A stretch of DNA of 63,670 bases, the filler included, from Reclinomonas americana ATCC 50394 (lineage: Eukaryota), in the NCBI GenBank assembly GCA_048213135.1. It is 5 parts of 3 records of this genome, joined end to end, with 100 filler letters (N's around TTAATTAATTAA, not from the genome) between each part and the next. Parts side by side here need not be neighbours in the genome. Positions count along the whole stretch, not along the records: positions 30,841 to 46,900 come from PS015039.1; positions 47,001 to 52,836 come from PS015039.1; positions 52,937 to 61,688 come from PS015039.1; 2 more parts are not named here. One strand, given 5' to 3'. Below the pieces are notes generated by a model, which worked only from the letters and a program-made list of their open reading frames with translations, was not told the origin of the DNA and searched no databases. Both the position numbers and the translations under genes were made by a program. Positions 43,273 through 57,170 of the stretch are shown here, piece by piece (positions within the stretch are counted from its first letter, which is position 1; every line of letters begins with the position of its first letter).

Positions 43273-44937
43273 TCACAAGCACCGGCGATGCACAATGCTC
43301 GGGCCTTCCTCCTCAAATTCAGCCATGAAGATCCACATCTTTGACAGCGACGACAGCATAGAGCCACCGATCCATGCCGAGGACTTGCGCTCCGGCGGTG
43401 CCACGATTCTGACTTCCGTGTTCGACGGAGCGCGGGCGATCAACTCCTTCTGCAGGCGCTCCGAGAAGCCTGCTCGTTGAGGAACAAAGGGGGAGAGGAA
43501 GAGAGCAACGTGAGGAGAGAGACCTCTCTTGTACATGTGCCCGCACAACGTACCGTCGAGCAGGGTGTTACCACCAGCCAACACAATGTTGCCGTACATG
43601 TCGTTGCGCATATCAACATCGCAGCGCTCGATCGAGTCAAAAACAAGCTGGTCAATGCTCTTCTCCTCCACATTGTCGACCAGCGACGGCTGAAACATGA
43701 CCTCTGCGCAGCGAAATCGCTCCGAGCCCACAGTAATAGTCTGCTTGTCAGGCAGCTCGTATGTCTTCTCGCACGCCGACGGCTCCTTCGACTTCAGCAG
43801 CTCGGCTTCAAAGTCAAGCGCCACATACGCCACCTTCTCCTTCATGTCACGCACAATTTTGCTGTCAGTGGGCGGTGAGCGGCCGCTCTCCGTCAACATC
43901 TACGAAGAACGGAGTGTGAGCAGACGAAATGAGAGATCCAGCTGGAGGCACACACACGCAAACTCACTTTCGTGAGGTAGTCAGTCACGTCACGGCCGGC
44001 CAGCGGCAGCGTCTGAACAGCGTGTGGCAACACGAATCCCTCGTAGACAGGCACACAATGCGTTACACCGTCGCCAGAGTCGATCACCAAACCGGTGGTG
44101 CGACCAGACGCGAACAAGGACAGCACCGCCTGGCTCTGCAGACACACGGAAGGCACATTAAAGCCAAACATGATGCTGATCACTGCGAATGTCATTGAGA
44201 AAATCAAGATAATTCGAACGCAGTGCTGCGCAACGCAACTCTTCTCGCGGTTCTGCTTCGCGTTGAGCGGAGGCTCAGTGAGCAGAACGGGGTGTTCCTC
44301 CGGATCCACACGGAGCTCCTTGTGGAAAGTGCGACTCCAGATCACGTCCAAGTAGTCCCAGTTTGTCACTGCGACACGCGCATTGAATGCAACACAAGTG
44401 CTCTCGAAAGCGCACGGAAGTGCTCACCGACTCCACGCTCAACAGGGTACTTCAGGGTCACGCGATCATGCCGAGCAATGGCCTCATCGCCAACGAGTGG
44501 GAAAGCTTCCTCTGGGGGGATATACGCGATGCGCATATATCGGTCGCGATTCCAACTGCATCGCAAAAAGAACATCAGAGAGCGGCTCGCACTGCAGTGG
44601 CCAAGCACACTCAACTGGCCGATAACAGTCGGAAAAACGGCGCGCGGTGCATCTTCGCCGCCGAAACCAACCTTGATCGCCGTGTGTGTGTCAACACACA
44701 AGTCACTCTCGTTCATCTCTCTCACTCACTCACACACATGCAAACGCAGCGTACCCTCGTCGTGCCTGCCAACGGCAATGATCATGAGAACACAGTCAGC
44801 AATCGCATCTAGATCGGCACATTGACTCACAAGAACCACTGTCGACTGTGAACCACATACGCTCGTCAGATGCACCACGTACGCAGAAACAAACTGCACA
44901 CACACTCACCAACGAGAATTTGCGCATGTGCGTCCAT
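43273..44937 (-). CDS. Divergent actin / actin-related protein
   Basis: Spliced [110 protein letters not shown] and IVHRRCL*. Confidence 0.9.
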
Positions 44938-45077
44938 TGAAGTATCTGGACAAGGGAGAGCGTGAGGAGGAGCGTGGGCGGTTGTCAACCATATAGTCGC
45001 ACATACTTTCTGCTATGGAAAGCGTTGGCGATTGTGGTCGAACGTCGAGGACTGTTGTCCTCCAATCTCTCTTTTGC
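44938..45077. promoter_or_regulatory. Probable bidirectional promoter (140 bp between divergent ATGs)
   Basis: Actin-like ATG at 44937 (-) and AK6 ATG at 45078 (+). Confidence 0.5.
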
Positions 45078-46410
<1,333 letters not shown>

Positions 46411-46576
46411 TGAGCAGAGGAGGGGAGGAAAGAGAGAGGGGGAGGGAGAGAGGGAGAGGGACAAGGAGAGGGAGTGAGAGGGAGAGAGCGAGGCAGCATC
46501 TCAGTCTTGTTCTCTCGCCCCCTTTCTCTCTCCATTAACAGTGCCGCTTTTATGCAGCTTTCTCTAGCTTGCTTCT

Positions 46577-46611
<35 letters not shown>

Positions 46612-46842
46612 CTTCCTCCTCATCTTCGTTCTTCTTCTTCTTGTTCTTGTTCTTCCTCTTCTTCTTCTTCTTGTTCTTCTTGTTCTTCTCTTGTTCTTGT
46701 TCTTCTTCTTCCTCTACTTCTTGTTTCTCCTTCTTCTTCTTCTTCCTCCTCCTCCTCCTCCTCCTCCTCTTCTTGTTCTTCTTGTTCTTGTTCTTGTTCT
46801 TGTTCTTCTTCTTCTTCTTCTTCTTCTTCTTCTCTTCTCTCT

Positions 46843-46900
<58 letters not shown>

Positions 46901-47000
46901 NNNNNNNNNNNNNNNNNNNNNNNNNNNNNNNNNNNNNNNNNNNNTTAATTAATTAANNNNNNNNNNNNNNNNNNNNNNNNNNNNNNNNNNNNNNNNNNNN

Positions 47001-50000
47001 ACGAATCTGGTCGTTGGCACGCTGTCGACCACCGATGCCAATTCTGCGCAGACATTCACGTACACGATTGTGGGTGGCGCCAATGCGGCCATGTTCAACA
47101 TCTCGGGCAGTCAGCTGCGCATCACAACAGCAGGGCAAAATGGAACTGGGCTGGTTGTGACGATCCGATCCACTGACAGCGGGACAGGCTCGCTTTTCTT
47201 CAACAAGTCGTTCACCATCAACGAAAGTTGCGGCGTGCGATGACGTTCCCAACGTGCCTGCGACTTGAAGTGACCGTTCTCTTGCAAATCGTCGTAGATA
47301 ACGTGGCGCCGACCGATATCGCGCTGTCGGCCACCACATATACTCCGCCCACGACCGCGAATCTGGTTGTCGGCACGCTGTCGACCACCGATGCCAATTC
47401 TGCGCAGACATTCACGTACACGATTGTGGGTGGTGCCAATGCGGCCATGTTCAACATCTCGGGCAGTCAGCTGCGCATCACAACAGCAGGACAAAACGGC
47501 ACTGGGCTGGCTGTGACGATCCGATCCACCGACAGTGGCACGGGTTCGCTCTTCTTCGACAAGTCGTTCACCATCAACGAGAGTTGCGGGCCGCGTGGCT
47601 GTGAGCAATGGTGCTTCTGTGCCGTGCTTGGCTGATTTCGCAATGTCGTAGATAACGTCGCGCCGACCGATATCGCGCTGTCGGCCACCACATATACTCC
47701 GCCCACCACGGCGAACATGGTCATTGGCACACTGTCGACCACCGATGCCAATTCTGCTCAGACATTCACGTACACAATTGTGGGTGGTGCCAATGCAGCC
47801 ATGTTCAACATCTCGGGCAGTCAGCTGCGCATCACCACTGCAGGACAAAACGGCACTGGCCTCCTGGTGACTGTGCGGTCGACCGACAGTGGCACAGGCT
47901 CGCTTTTCTTCGACAAGTCGTTCACCATCAACGAGAGTTGCGTCTGTCGTGTGCTTCTGTGTCGCACATACTCAGTGGCGTCTGACCAGCTGCGGCTTCG
48001 GTTGCAGTCAATGTGGCGCCAACCGACATCGCGTTGTCAGCCACGATATACACTCCACCGTCGACAGCGAACTTGGTGGTCGGCACGCTGTCGACCACCG
48101 ATGCGAATTCTGCGCAGACATTCACGTACACGATTGTGGGCGGTGCAAATGCTGCCCTGTTCAACATCTCGGGCAGTCAGCTGCGCATCACCAGCGCGGG
48201 CCTCACTGGCAACGGATACGTGGTGACGATTCGGTCCACCGACAGTGGCACGGGCTCGCTCTTCTTCGATAAGTCCTTCACCATCAGTGAGAGTTGCGGC
48301 CTGTGATGACCGTGCCAATGTGCCTGCGGTTCGGTCTGTGTTGAACTAACCATTTTCTTGCAAATTGTTGCAGATAACGTGGCGCCGACCGATATCGCGC
48401 TGTCGGCCACCACGTACACTCCTCCCACCACCGCGAACGTGGTCATTGGCACACTNNNNNNNNNNNNNNNNNNNNNNNNNNNNNNNNNNNNNNNNNNNNN
48501 NNNNNNNNNNNNNNNNNNNNNNNNNNNNNNNNNNNNNNNNNNNNNNNNNNNNNNNNNNNNNNNNNNNNNNNNNNNNNNNNNNNNNNNNNNNNNNNNNNNN
48601 NNNNNNNNNNNNNNNNNNNNNNNNNNNNNNNNNNNNNNNNNNNNNNNNNNNNNNNNNNNNNNNNNNNNNNNNNNNNNNNNNNNNNNNNNNNNNNNNNNNN
48701 NNNNNNNNNNNNNNNNNNNNNNNNNNNNNNNNNNNNNNNNNNNNNNNNNNNNNNNNNNNNNNNNNNNNNNNNNNNNNNNNNNNNNNNNNNNNNNNNNNNN
48801 NNNNNNNNNNNNNNNNNNNNNNNNNNNNNNNNNNNNNNNNNNNNNNNNNNNNNNNNNNNNNNNNNNNNNNNNNCATGGTCATTGGCACACTGTCGACCAC
48901 CGACGCGAATTCGGCGCAGACCTTCACATACACGATTGTAGGTGGTGCCAATGCAGCCATGTTCAACATCTCGGGCAGTCAGCTGCGCATCACCACAGCA
49001 GGACAAAACGGCACTGGCTTGGTGGTGACCGTGCGGTCCACTGACAGTGGCACGGGCTCGCTTTTCTTTGACAAATCGTTCACCATCAACGAGAGTTGCG
49101 TCTGTCGTGTGCTTCTGTGTCACACACACTCGTCTGTGTCTGACCAGCTGCGGCTTCGATTGCAGTCAATGTGGCGCCGACCAACATTGCGTTGTCGGCC
49201 ACCACGTACACCCCACCATCGACCGCGAACGTGGTGGTCGGCACACTGTCGACCACCGATGCGAATTCTGCGCAGACATTCACGTACACGATTGTGGGTG
49301 GCGCCAATGCTGCCCTGTTCAACATCTCGGGCGCCCAATTGCGCATCACCAGCGCGGGTCTCACTGGCAACGGATACGTGGTGATTGTGCGGTCGACCGA
49401 CAGCGGGACCGGCTCCTTGTTTGTCGACGTGACGTTCACAGTCAGCGAGAGTTGCGCGGCAGCTTATAGAGCGTGCAATCCCTCATATCCAGTTTTCCTT
49501 TTCTCACGCCTACATCCGACTGCAGCCAACGTGGCGCCGACTAACATCTTGCTGTCAAGCACTTCGTACTCACCGCCGTCGGTTGGCGCGAATGCAGTGA
49601 TTGGCACACTGTCGACCACCGATGCCAATTGCTGTCAGACGTACACCTACACCATTGTCGGCGGAGCAAATGCAGCCCTGTTCAACATTTCGGGCTCGCA
49701 GCTGCGGTTTACAAGCAGTGGCCAGACTGGAACTGGACTGCAGGTGACGATCCGTTCGACGGACAGCGGCAGTGGTTCTCTGTTTGTCAGCGTGACGTTT
49801 ACAATTAACGAAGGTGAGACACGCATTGCTGTCACCTTGTACACTCTGCCTTGCGCTCATTCCTCACTGAAAAAAACAGCGAATTTCGCGCCGACCGACA
49901 TTGTGCTGTCGTCGGCCGTGTACACGCCACCACTTGCTCTCAATGGAGTAATTGGCTCGCTGACCACCACCGACGGCAACTGCTGCCAGACATTTGTGTA

Positions 50001-52836
50001 CACGATCAGTGGTGGCGCTGACGCTGCCAAGTTCAACCTGTCTGGCGCGCAGCTGCGCTCGAACATTGCGGGGCTGACAGGAGATGGCCTACAAGTGCAG
50101 ATCACCACCGACGATCAGAACGGTGGCACTTTTAGCAAGACGCTGACGATCAGCGAAGGTATCCTCGCCAGCGTGTGTTGTTGTGCTCTGCAGCTATGTT
50201 CATCCCTGTCCCAACTCCGCAGTCAATCTTGCGCCGACCAACATTGCACTGTCGAGCACATTGTACTCAGTGCCGGCCGCCGCCAACAGCGTCGTGGGAA
50301 CTCTGTCTACCACCGACGGCAACTGCTGTCAGACGTTCACGTACTCCATCGTGGGGGGCGCCAACGCTGCTCTGTTCAACATCTCAGGGAGCAGTCTGCG
50401 CATCACCAATGCAGGTCAGTCAGGCAACGGGCTGGTCGTCACGGTGCGGTCGACCGACAGCGGCGCCGGTGGACTCTTTGTGGACAAGTCGTTCACGATC
50501 GACGAGGGTGCGTCTTGATGGTGTGTGTAGCGGGGCTTGTATGATCTCGCTGACTTTGTGTGTGTGCGACACAGCAAATGTGGCGCCGACGGACGTTGTG
50601 CTGTCGAGCTCGACATACGTGCCACCGACTGCGGGGGCCAACATTGTCGTGGCAACGCTGAGCACAGTGGACGCGAACTGCTGCCAGTCTTTCACGTACA
50701 GCATTCAAGGTGGAGCATCGGCAGCCTTGTTCAACATCTCTGGCAATCAGCTGCGCATCACCGCCGCCGGGCAGACGGGGACTGGACTCGTTGTCATCAT
50801 TCGTTCGACTGACAACGGCACCGGGTCGCTGTTCGTGAACAAGACGGTGACCATCAACGAAGGTGAGTGTGCTGCACTTCCTCTCATCGAACCAGTCGTT
50901 TTCGCTCACACGGCCTCGCAACGCACGCAGCTAACGTCGTTCCCACTGACATCTCGCTGTCGAGCACTCTGTACACCTCACCACTCGCACTCAACGGAGT
51001 GATTGGCACGCTCTCGACAACGGATGCCAATTGCTGCCAGTCGCCAGTGTACACGATTGTCGGTGGCGCGGATCAAGCCAAGTTTGCCATCTCCGGCAAT
51101 CAGTTGCTGAGCAATGTCAGCGGCCTTACCGGCAACTCGTACTCGGTGACGATTCAAACCGACGACCAGAACGGCGGACAGTTCTCCAAATCATTCACCA
51201 TTAGCGAAGGTGAGTGTCATGCACACGACTGGGGTCAACATGCTGTGGAGGGTAGACTCACGTTATCTGACGTGATGCAGCGAATGTGGCTCCGAGCAAC
51301 TTGTCACTGTCTGCGACATCGTACAGCCCGCCAACGACAATGGCCAACACTGTGATTGGCACGCTGTCCACCACTGATGTCAACTGCTGCCAGTCGTTCA
51401 CCTACACCATCACCGGCGGCGTCAACGCCGCTCTCTTCAACATCTCTGGCAGCCAGTTGCGCATCACCGCCAACGGACAGGTCGGTGGTGGCTTGCAGGT
51501 GCGGGTACGAACCACAGACGACGGCACCGGGGCGCTGTTCTTCGAGAAAACATTCACCATCACCGACAGTTGCATCCTCCCTTTCCTCTGAGTTGCCTTC
51601 TGCATTCTCCTGACACTCTACATGCATGCGCACACGCACACAGCACCCCAGCCACCCACCAATATCTTGATCACGTCGGTGACGTACGTGCCACCGACGG
51701 CGGCAGCGAACACAGTCGTGGGCGTGCTGAGTGGCGTGGATCCCAATGTGGGCGACACCTTCACGTTCAGTGTGCAAGGCGGCGCCAATGCCGCGCTGTT
51801 CAACATTGCAGGCGGCAACAATCTGGTGCTGCGCAACGCCGGCCAGACGGGCAATGGCCTGACGGTGACGGTGCGAGTGACGGATAGCACGAGTCAGACA
51901 TTTGATCGGACATTTGTGATTGATGAAGGTGAGGAGGAGAGAGAGGAAGAGAGAAATAGAAAGAGAATCATTCTTCTCCCTTCCCTGTTTCACACACACA
52001 ACCAACTGACTTGCTGTGATATGCACGCAGCCAACGTTGCGCCGACCAACATCAGCTGCAGCTCGACTACGTATGTGCCACCGGCCACACTGGGAAGTGT
52101 GATTTGCACGCTGTCGACGGTGGATGCCAACTGCTGCCAGACGCCGACGTACACGATCAGTGGCGGTGCCGATAGTGGCAAGTTCAGTGTGAGTGGCTCT
52201 CAACTGGTGGCGAATGTGGGTGGCGGTGGCCTGTCTGGCAACGGTCTGCAAGTGACGATTACGTCGGACGACGGACACGGCGGCAGTGTGAGCAAGACAC
52301 TGACGTTCAACGAGAGTGCGTGCCGCAGCTTGTGTTTGGGAATCACGATGCAGTTAGCTGACTCTGCCATGTGTTGTAGGCAATGTGGCGCCGACGAATA
52401 TCGGGCTGTCGGCGAACACGTACACACCGCCGACGAGCATGGTCAACACGGTGATTGGCACACTGAGCTCGACGGACGCCAACACGGGCGAGACGTTTGT
52501 GTACTCGGTGGTCGGCGGTGCTGCGCAGGCGCTGTTCAATGTGAGCGGGACACAGTTGCGCTTAAGTGCGAATGGACAGACGGGAACTGCACTCGTTGTG
52601 GTGATTCGCACGACGGACAGCGGTGGTGCGACGTTTGACACGTCGTTCACTGTGAATGATGGTGAGTTGTGGGTGTCTGCGTGTGTGTATAGCGGTGTGT
52701 ATGTGTCGCCAGCTGTTGCTCAACAGTTAATGGCGGCTGCGCAGTTCCTGTGGCGCCGACCAACATTGCACTGTCGTCGACGGTATACACGCCGCCGACG
52801 ACGGGCACAAACAGTGTTGTTGGTGCGATGACGACG
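47001..52836 (+). CDS. Internal part of a giant cadherin-like repeat protein; at least 17 repeats of about 95 aa, one per exon
   Basis: Repeat NVAPTDIALS...VGTLSTTDAN..QTFTYTIVGGANAA.FNISGSQLR....VTIRSTDSG.GSLFFDKSFTINE, separated by phase-1 introns of about 65-100 nt. Both ends lie in gaps. Confidence 0.85.
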
Positions 52837-53001
52837 NNNNNNNNNNNNNNNNNNNNNNNNNNNNNNNNNNNNNNNNNNNNTTAATTAATTAANNNNNNNN
52901 NNNNNNNNNNNNNNNNNNNNNNNNNNNNNNNNNNNNCGTTGCTTGCGAGCCCTGATTTGGTTGCTTACATTCACGCCGCTGACGAGTGAGACACAACGAT
53001 A

Positions 53002-53684
53002 GGTTGACCAAGCTGCGCGCGGAGCACGACGCCATCTTGGCGCTGATTGAGCAGGCGTTCAAGGACGCGCTCGGCGACAAGTTCACCCCGCCGCCGGACA
53101 ATGGTGGTGGCGACGATGGCAATGGTGGTGGTGATGCGGGTGACGCCGATGGTGGCGATGCCAGCGGTGGTGACAACAACCAGCCGGCTCCTGCGCCTAT
53201 GCCGACCCCGGCGCCGCAGCCACCGGTGCCGATGCCGCCGGCTCCGCCGGGCCCGTCGCCCGCGCCGCCGACTGATGCCAGCGAGCTGTCGGTGCGCGGA
53301 TTGAAGCGCCCCGACTTGCCGAACCTGCCGATCCCCGGCCTGCCGAACATCCCCGGCCTGCCCGATTTGCCCATTCCGAAGCCGCCGCAGCAGCCGGGCG
53401 ACCCCATGGAGCCCGACTTCCCCGGCTTCCCAGAGTTCCCCGACTTCCCCGACTTCCCGCCGAGCCCGCCTCCGCAAATCCCCATTCCCGACGTTGGCAA
53501 GTTCTTCCCGCTGCTCGGCTACGTGCGCACTCTGCGCGAGGAGATGGCGGCGAAGCGCAGCGAGGCTTACGACGCCTACCGCCAGTTTGAGCAGGGCGCG
53601 CAGCAGCGCGGCCGCCGTGTGCACAAGAACCTGGCCGCGGCTCGCAAGCTGGCCGCCCAACTGGAGGCCGCTCTCAACGCATAA
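53002..53684 (+). CDS. Last exon of a hypothetical Pro-rich protein
   Basis: Helix-Pro-rich-helix layout with PGLP and PDFP repeats, strong GC3 bias and a TAA stop. Confidence 0.6.
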
Positions 53685-53782
53685 GCTCCTTGTCCTTCTC
53701 TCTCTCTCTCTTTGTGTTTCGCTGAACGAATGGACCCTGAGTGACACAACGCTCTATGATTCATGCATGCATGGGGGAAAGG

Positions 53783-54160
53783 TCACCGACGCCTACGCGT
53801 GGATTTCGCGGCAGCGGCCTTGTCCACAGCCGCCTGCCTCTCCTCTGCCCTCTTGTCGTCGGCCTCCAGCTCCTTCATCTCCTTGTCGGTTGGTGGGTAC
53901 CTGCAAGCGAGAGTTGGTGAGGGAAGGGGGAGAGCAAGAGAAGGCACAAAGAAAATGCAACGCAACTTGTTTGCCACCTTGATGTACCGCAGCTCCTCAT
54001 CGGCGACCACCACAATCTCCTTCCCGGTGGCCTTCCACTGCTGCCACATCATGAAAAAGTAGAAGAACACGCAGGCGGCGGCCAGCGAGAACAAGTTAAT
54101 GAAATCCCATCTCCCGCTCGCCTTGAACTCCGTGTATGCACTCGTCCACGCCGCAAGCAT
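53783..54160 (-). CDS. Small single-pass membrane protein (hypothetical)
   Basis: MLAAW...FINLFSLAAACVFFYFFMMWQQWK...EELR|YPPTDKEMKELE...RRRR*, with one GT-AG intron. Confidence 0.5.
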   Translation of the reverse strand: MLAAWTSAYTEFKASGRWDFINLFSLAAACVFFYFFMMWQQWKATGKEIVVVADEELRYIKVANKLRCIFFVPSLALPLPSPTLACRYPPTDKEMKELEADDKRAEERQAAVDKAAAAKSTRRRR

Positions 54161-55126
54161 CGCCAGCAACAGACTGCGTTCACACACACACACACAATGA
54201 GTGCAAAGTGAGAGTTGCGCGTGCATGCTCTCTCTCTCTCACACCCAATGCCTGCGATCTTCACACGATGCCACTGCAGCATGCGCAGGGCGCCCAAGTT
54301 GCTGCGCAGAGCAGTGGACGCGCGAATGGCGTCCCGCAGCAGGCGCATGGCCTCCAGTCGCTCGTCCGTGTCTCCTCCAGAGAGCTTGCTCTCGAATGAG
54401 GGCGAGTCCATGTGGAGGGTGGTAAAGAATGAGGAGCGCGAAGTGGAGATGTTCCGACTCGCGATTGTTCGTGTCCCACAAGTCAACTGGTGCTGTCAGC
54501 AGATGCGCATGGAAGAGCGCCGTGGCAGCACCGTAGATTCTACTACGGGCGGCGGTCGTCGGGTGGGCTCCACGTCTGTGACTGCGTACTGAGTAGCGGT
54601 TGTACGCTTGAAGCGTCAAAATGCTCTCGGCACCCGTAACCTTCTCTTTTGCTTCTCTCGAAAGGGGCTGCGCAGTGATTGGGAAGGGCATGATCAGCGC
54701 ACCTGTCTTGGCAGCAGCAGGTTCCTTGTGTGTGTGTGTGTGTGCGTTCGCTCTCGGAGCTTCGAACGAGTCGAGAACTGCGATCTTCACCGCACTTATA
54801 GCGTGGTTGTACAGTGGATTTGACGCATGGCGTTTTCTGCGATCGTGCACAGCCAGAGCCAGGCAAGCAAAGCAAAGCCCGGTCCGGATCCGTGAAGCAA
54901 GCAATTGCAAAGCAACGGATCCGGAGACGTCATCGTTGGTTTCTTTTGCAACGCGTACCATGCATGCACAGATATTTATCCGGACGAGTCCACGTGCTGT
55001 CCACGCCACGTATGACTCGGGACGTTGGTGGACTCGGTTGGATCGCGATACAGGACATGTGGCGCCGAAACTATTTCCGCACAATTGTCATTTTCTGTGT
55101 TTTTCGAGCGAGCGAAGGTCATCAAC

Positions 55127-56916
55127 ATGGGTGCTGCACATGGCGGAGAGCTGCAACCGGCGTGGGTGCGCGATGGTGTGACGATGTACGATGTTGCGTG
55201 CGTGCGAGGGTGTGGAGGGAAGACAACTCATCGATCGACCGCATGTGCTCATGTTTTTCTTTTGCAGGAGAGTCGATGCATCATGACGGTGGACGGTGTG
55301 CTGAGCGATGCTGAGTGCGACGAGTGGCGCCAGCGTACGGAGGACGCGGGGTACGCCGATGCCCCGATCACCACTTGTGAGTTTGAAGAGAAGAGTCCAC
55401 ATTCGGCTCGCCTGTTCCAGAAATACACGACTCCTGTCGCTCACTGTGTGTGCCGATCGCGCAGCACGAGGTCCGGTGATGATGAAGGATGTGCGCGACA
55501 ACGAGCGCGTGGTGATTGACAGCGATGTTGCGTTGCATGATGATCATGTCCGCCATGTTGCTGTCGAGCCCGAGTGTATGTTCCTGACAACTGTCGGTCT
55601 CGCAGGAGCTGGCTGCGGTCATCTGGCCGCGCCTGCAGAAGTACCTCCCGGCGGAGTTCGCCGTCACTGCCTGCGGTGTCAACGAGCGATTCCGGTTCTA
55701 CAAGTTGCGCGCGCATGCATGTTGTCTCTTCACCATTCTCTTCGACTCACCGTGCTCTTTCTGTTGCGACGCTATAGGTACACGAAGGGACAGAGTTGAG
55801 TGACTCTGCACAAGCAACGCACTGCCTGTTCGCTGACTCTCCTTTTTTTCCTCTGCAGCCTTCCGACCACACTTCGACGGCTGCTTCCACCGATCGCCGC
55901 GCATCAAGGACTGGGGCGATCGTGTGCACGAGGTCAGCAAGATCACCGTGCTGCTGTATCTCAAGTTGAGTGCGCGCGTGGGGGGAGGAGAGGGAGCAGG
56001 GGAGACGAAGGGAAGAGGAGTGAGAAGGAAAAAGGAACTTGGAGACTCGAGTGTAGGCACAAAGAGGGAAGGGGGCGAAACGAAGGAAGAAGAAGAAGAG
56101 GGAGGAGGAGATGGGAGAAGAGGGAGGGAGGAGGAAACAGGAAAATCGCGTTTCTCAAGCGTGTATGGAGACTCGAGCGTATGTGATGCACAGAGAGGGA
56201 AGGGGAGCTAAACGGAAGAAGAGGGAGGGAAGAGGAAAAAGGAAGAGAGAGCGACGCTGCTCAAGCATTCGTGGAGACTCGAGCGTATGAGATGCACAGA
56301 GAGGGAAGGGGGCGAGAGAAGGCGATAGGGAGGAAGCGACGTTTATGCATGCACTTGCTCCGTTACGAACTCCTGTGGAGACCAGAGAGACATAGAGAGG
56401 GAAGGGGAGCAAGAGAAGAAGTTCTTTGCAACCGTTCTAGTCGCGTCTCCACGATTGATACTGCTCAGACACTGCCTCCCTCCCTCCCTCCCTCCCTCCC
56501 TCCCTCTCCTTGTCTCTCTTCATGCGACTGACTTGTCTCCCCTCGCACAGCGACTGCCCACCGGAGGTCGGCGGTGCCACCAAGTTCTACCTGGACGGTG
56601 CGACACGTGAGGATGTGAGCGAGGGCCGAGCGTCACTCGCCGTGTACCCGAAGAAGGGTGAGTGATCATGCAAGAGCACAGCTGTGAGAGAGAGAGCGAG
56701 CGCTCACAAGTGACTGACAACTGTGCAGGTTCCGCGCTGTTCTTTGTGCATCCACTGCTGCACGAGGGCGCGCCCATTGTGAGCGACGACGGTGTCAAGT
56801 ACGTGATGCGAACAGTTGCGTGCACAGCTGCTCGCTGGTGCTCCTTGCTCTCGTCTGTCGCTCACTCTGACATGCCACAGGACATCATGTTCCCACCGAC
56901 CCACGGCGAGTACTGA
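55127..56916 (+). CDS. 2-oxoglutarate/Fe(II) dioxygenase, prolyl-4-hydroxylase-like (9 exons)
   Basis: LSDAECDEW, VRDNERV, NERFRFYKYTKGQTFRPHFDG (HxD), TVLLYLND, GGATKF, LLHEG (distal His) and KYVMRTDIMF. Confidence 0.88.
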
Positions 56917-57170
56917 GAGAGGCACACAAGCAACCGCGATGTACAGAATATAAGCGTTGCGCAGTACGCGCCTAATGAATTCACAACAACAAGTCGTGCA
57001 ACGTTTGATGTGACGCTTTCTCTTTGCATACTTAAAGCTTCCCATTCCCCTGCATTGATCCACTCAGTAGCGTCACTGATAGTGCGCGAGCTGAGGCACG
57101 ACAACATCGACATCGGAAGAACCACGCAACGTCTGTGTCCTGCATGTGTCACCCCATTCCGTCGCTTTCC

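Noticed and set aside
50159-50222. Donor GTATCCTC resembling a U12-type intron
   Set aside because: There is no TCCTTAAC branch site, and the 14 homologous introns are U2-type.
47001-52836. Repeat-spacer pattern resembling a CRISPR array
   Set aside because: The repeats are ~285-nt coding exons and the spacers are GT-AG introns; no cas genes are present.
54239-54691. Possible extra small gene on the minus strand
   Set aside because: I could not build a frame-consistent model or recognise a motif.
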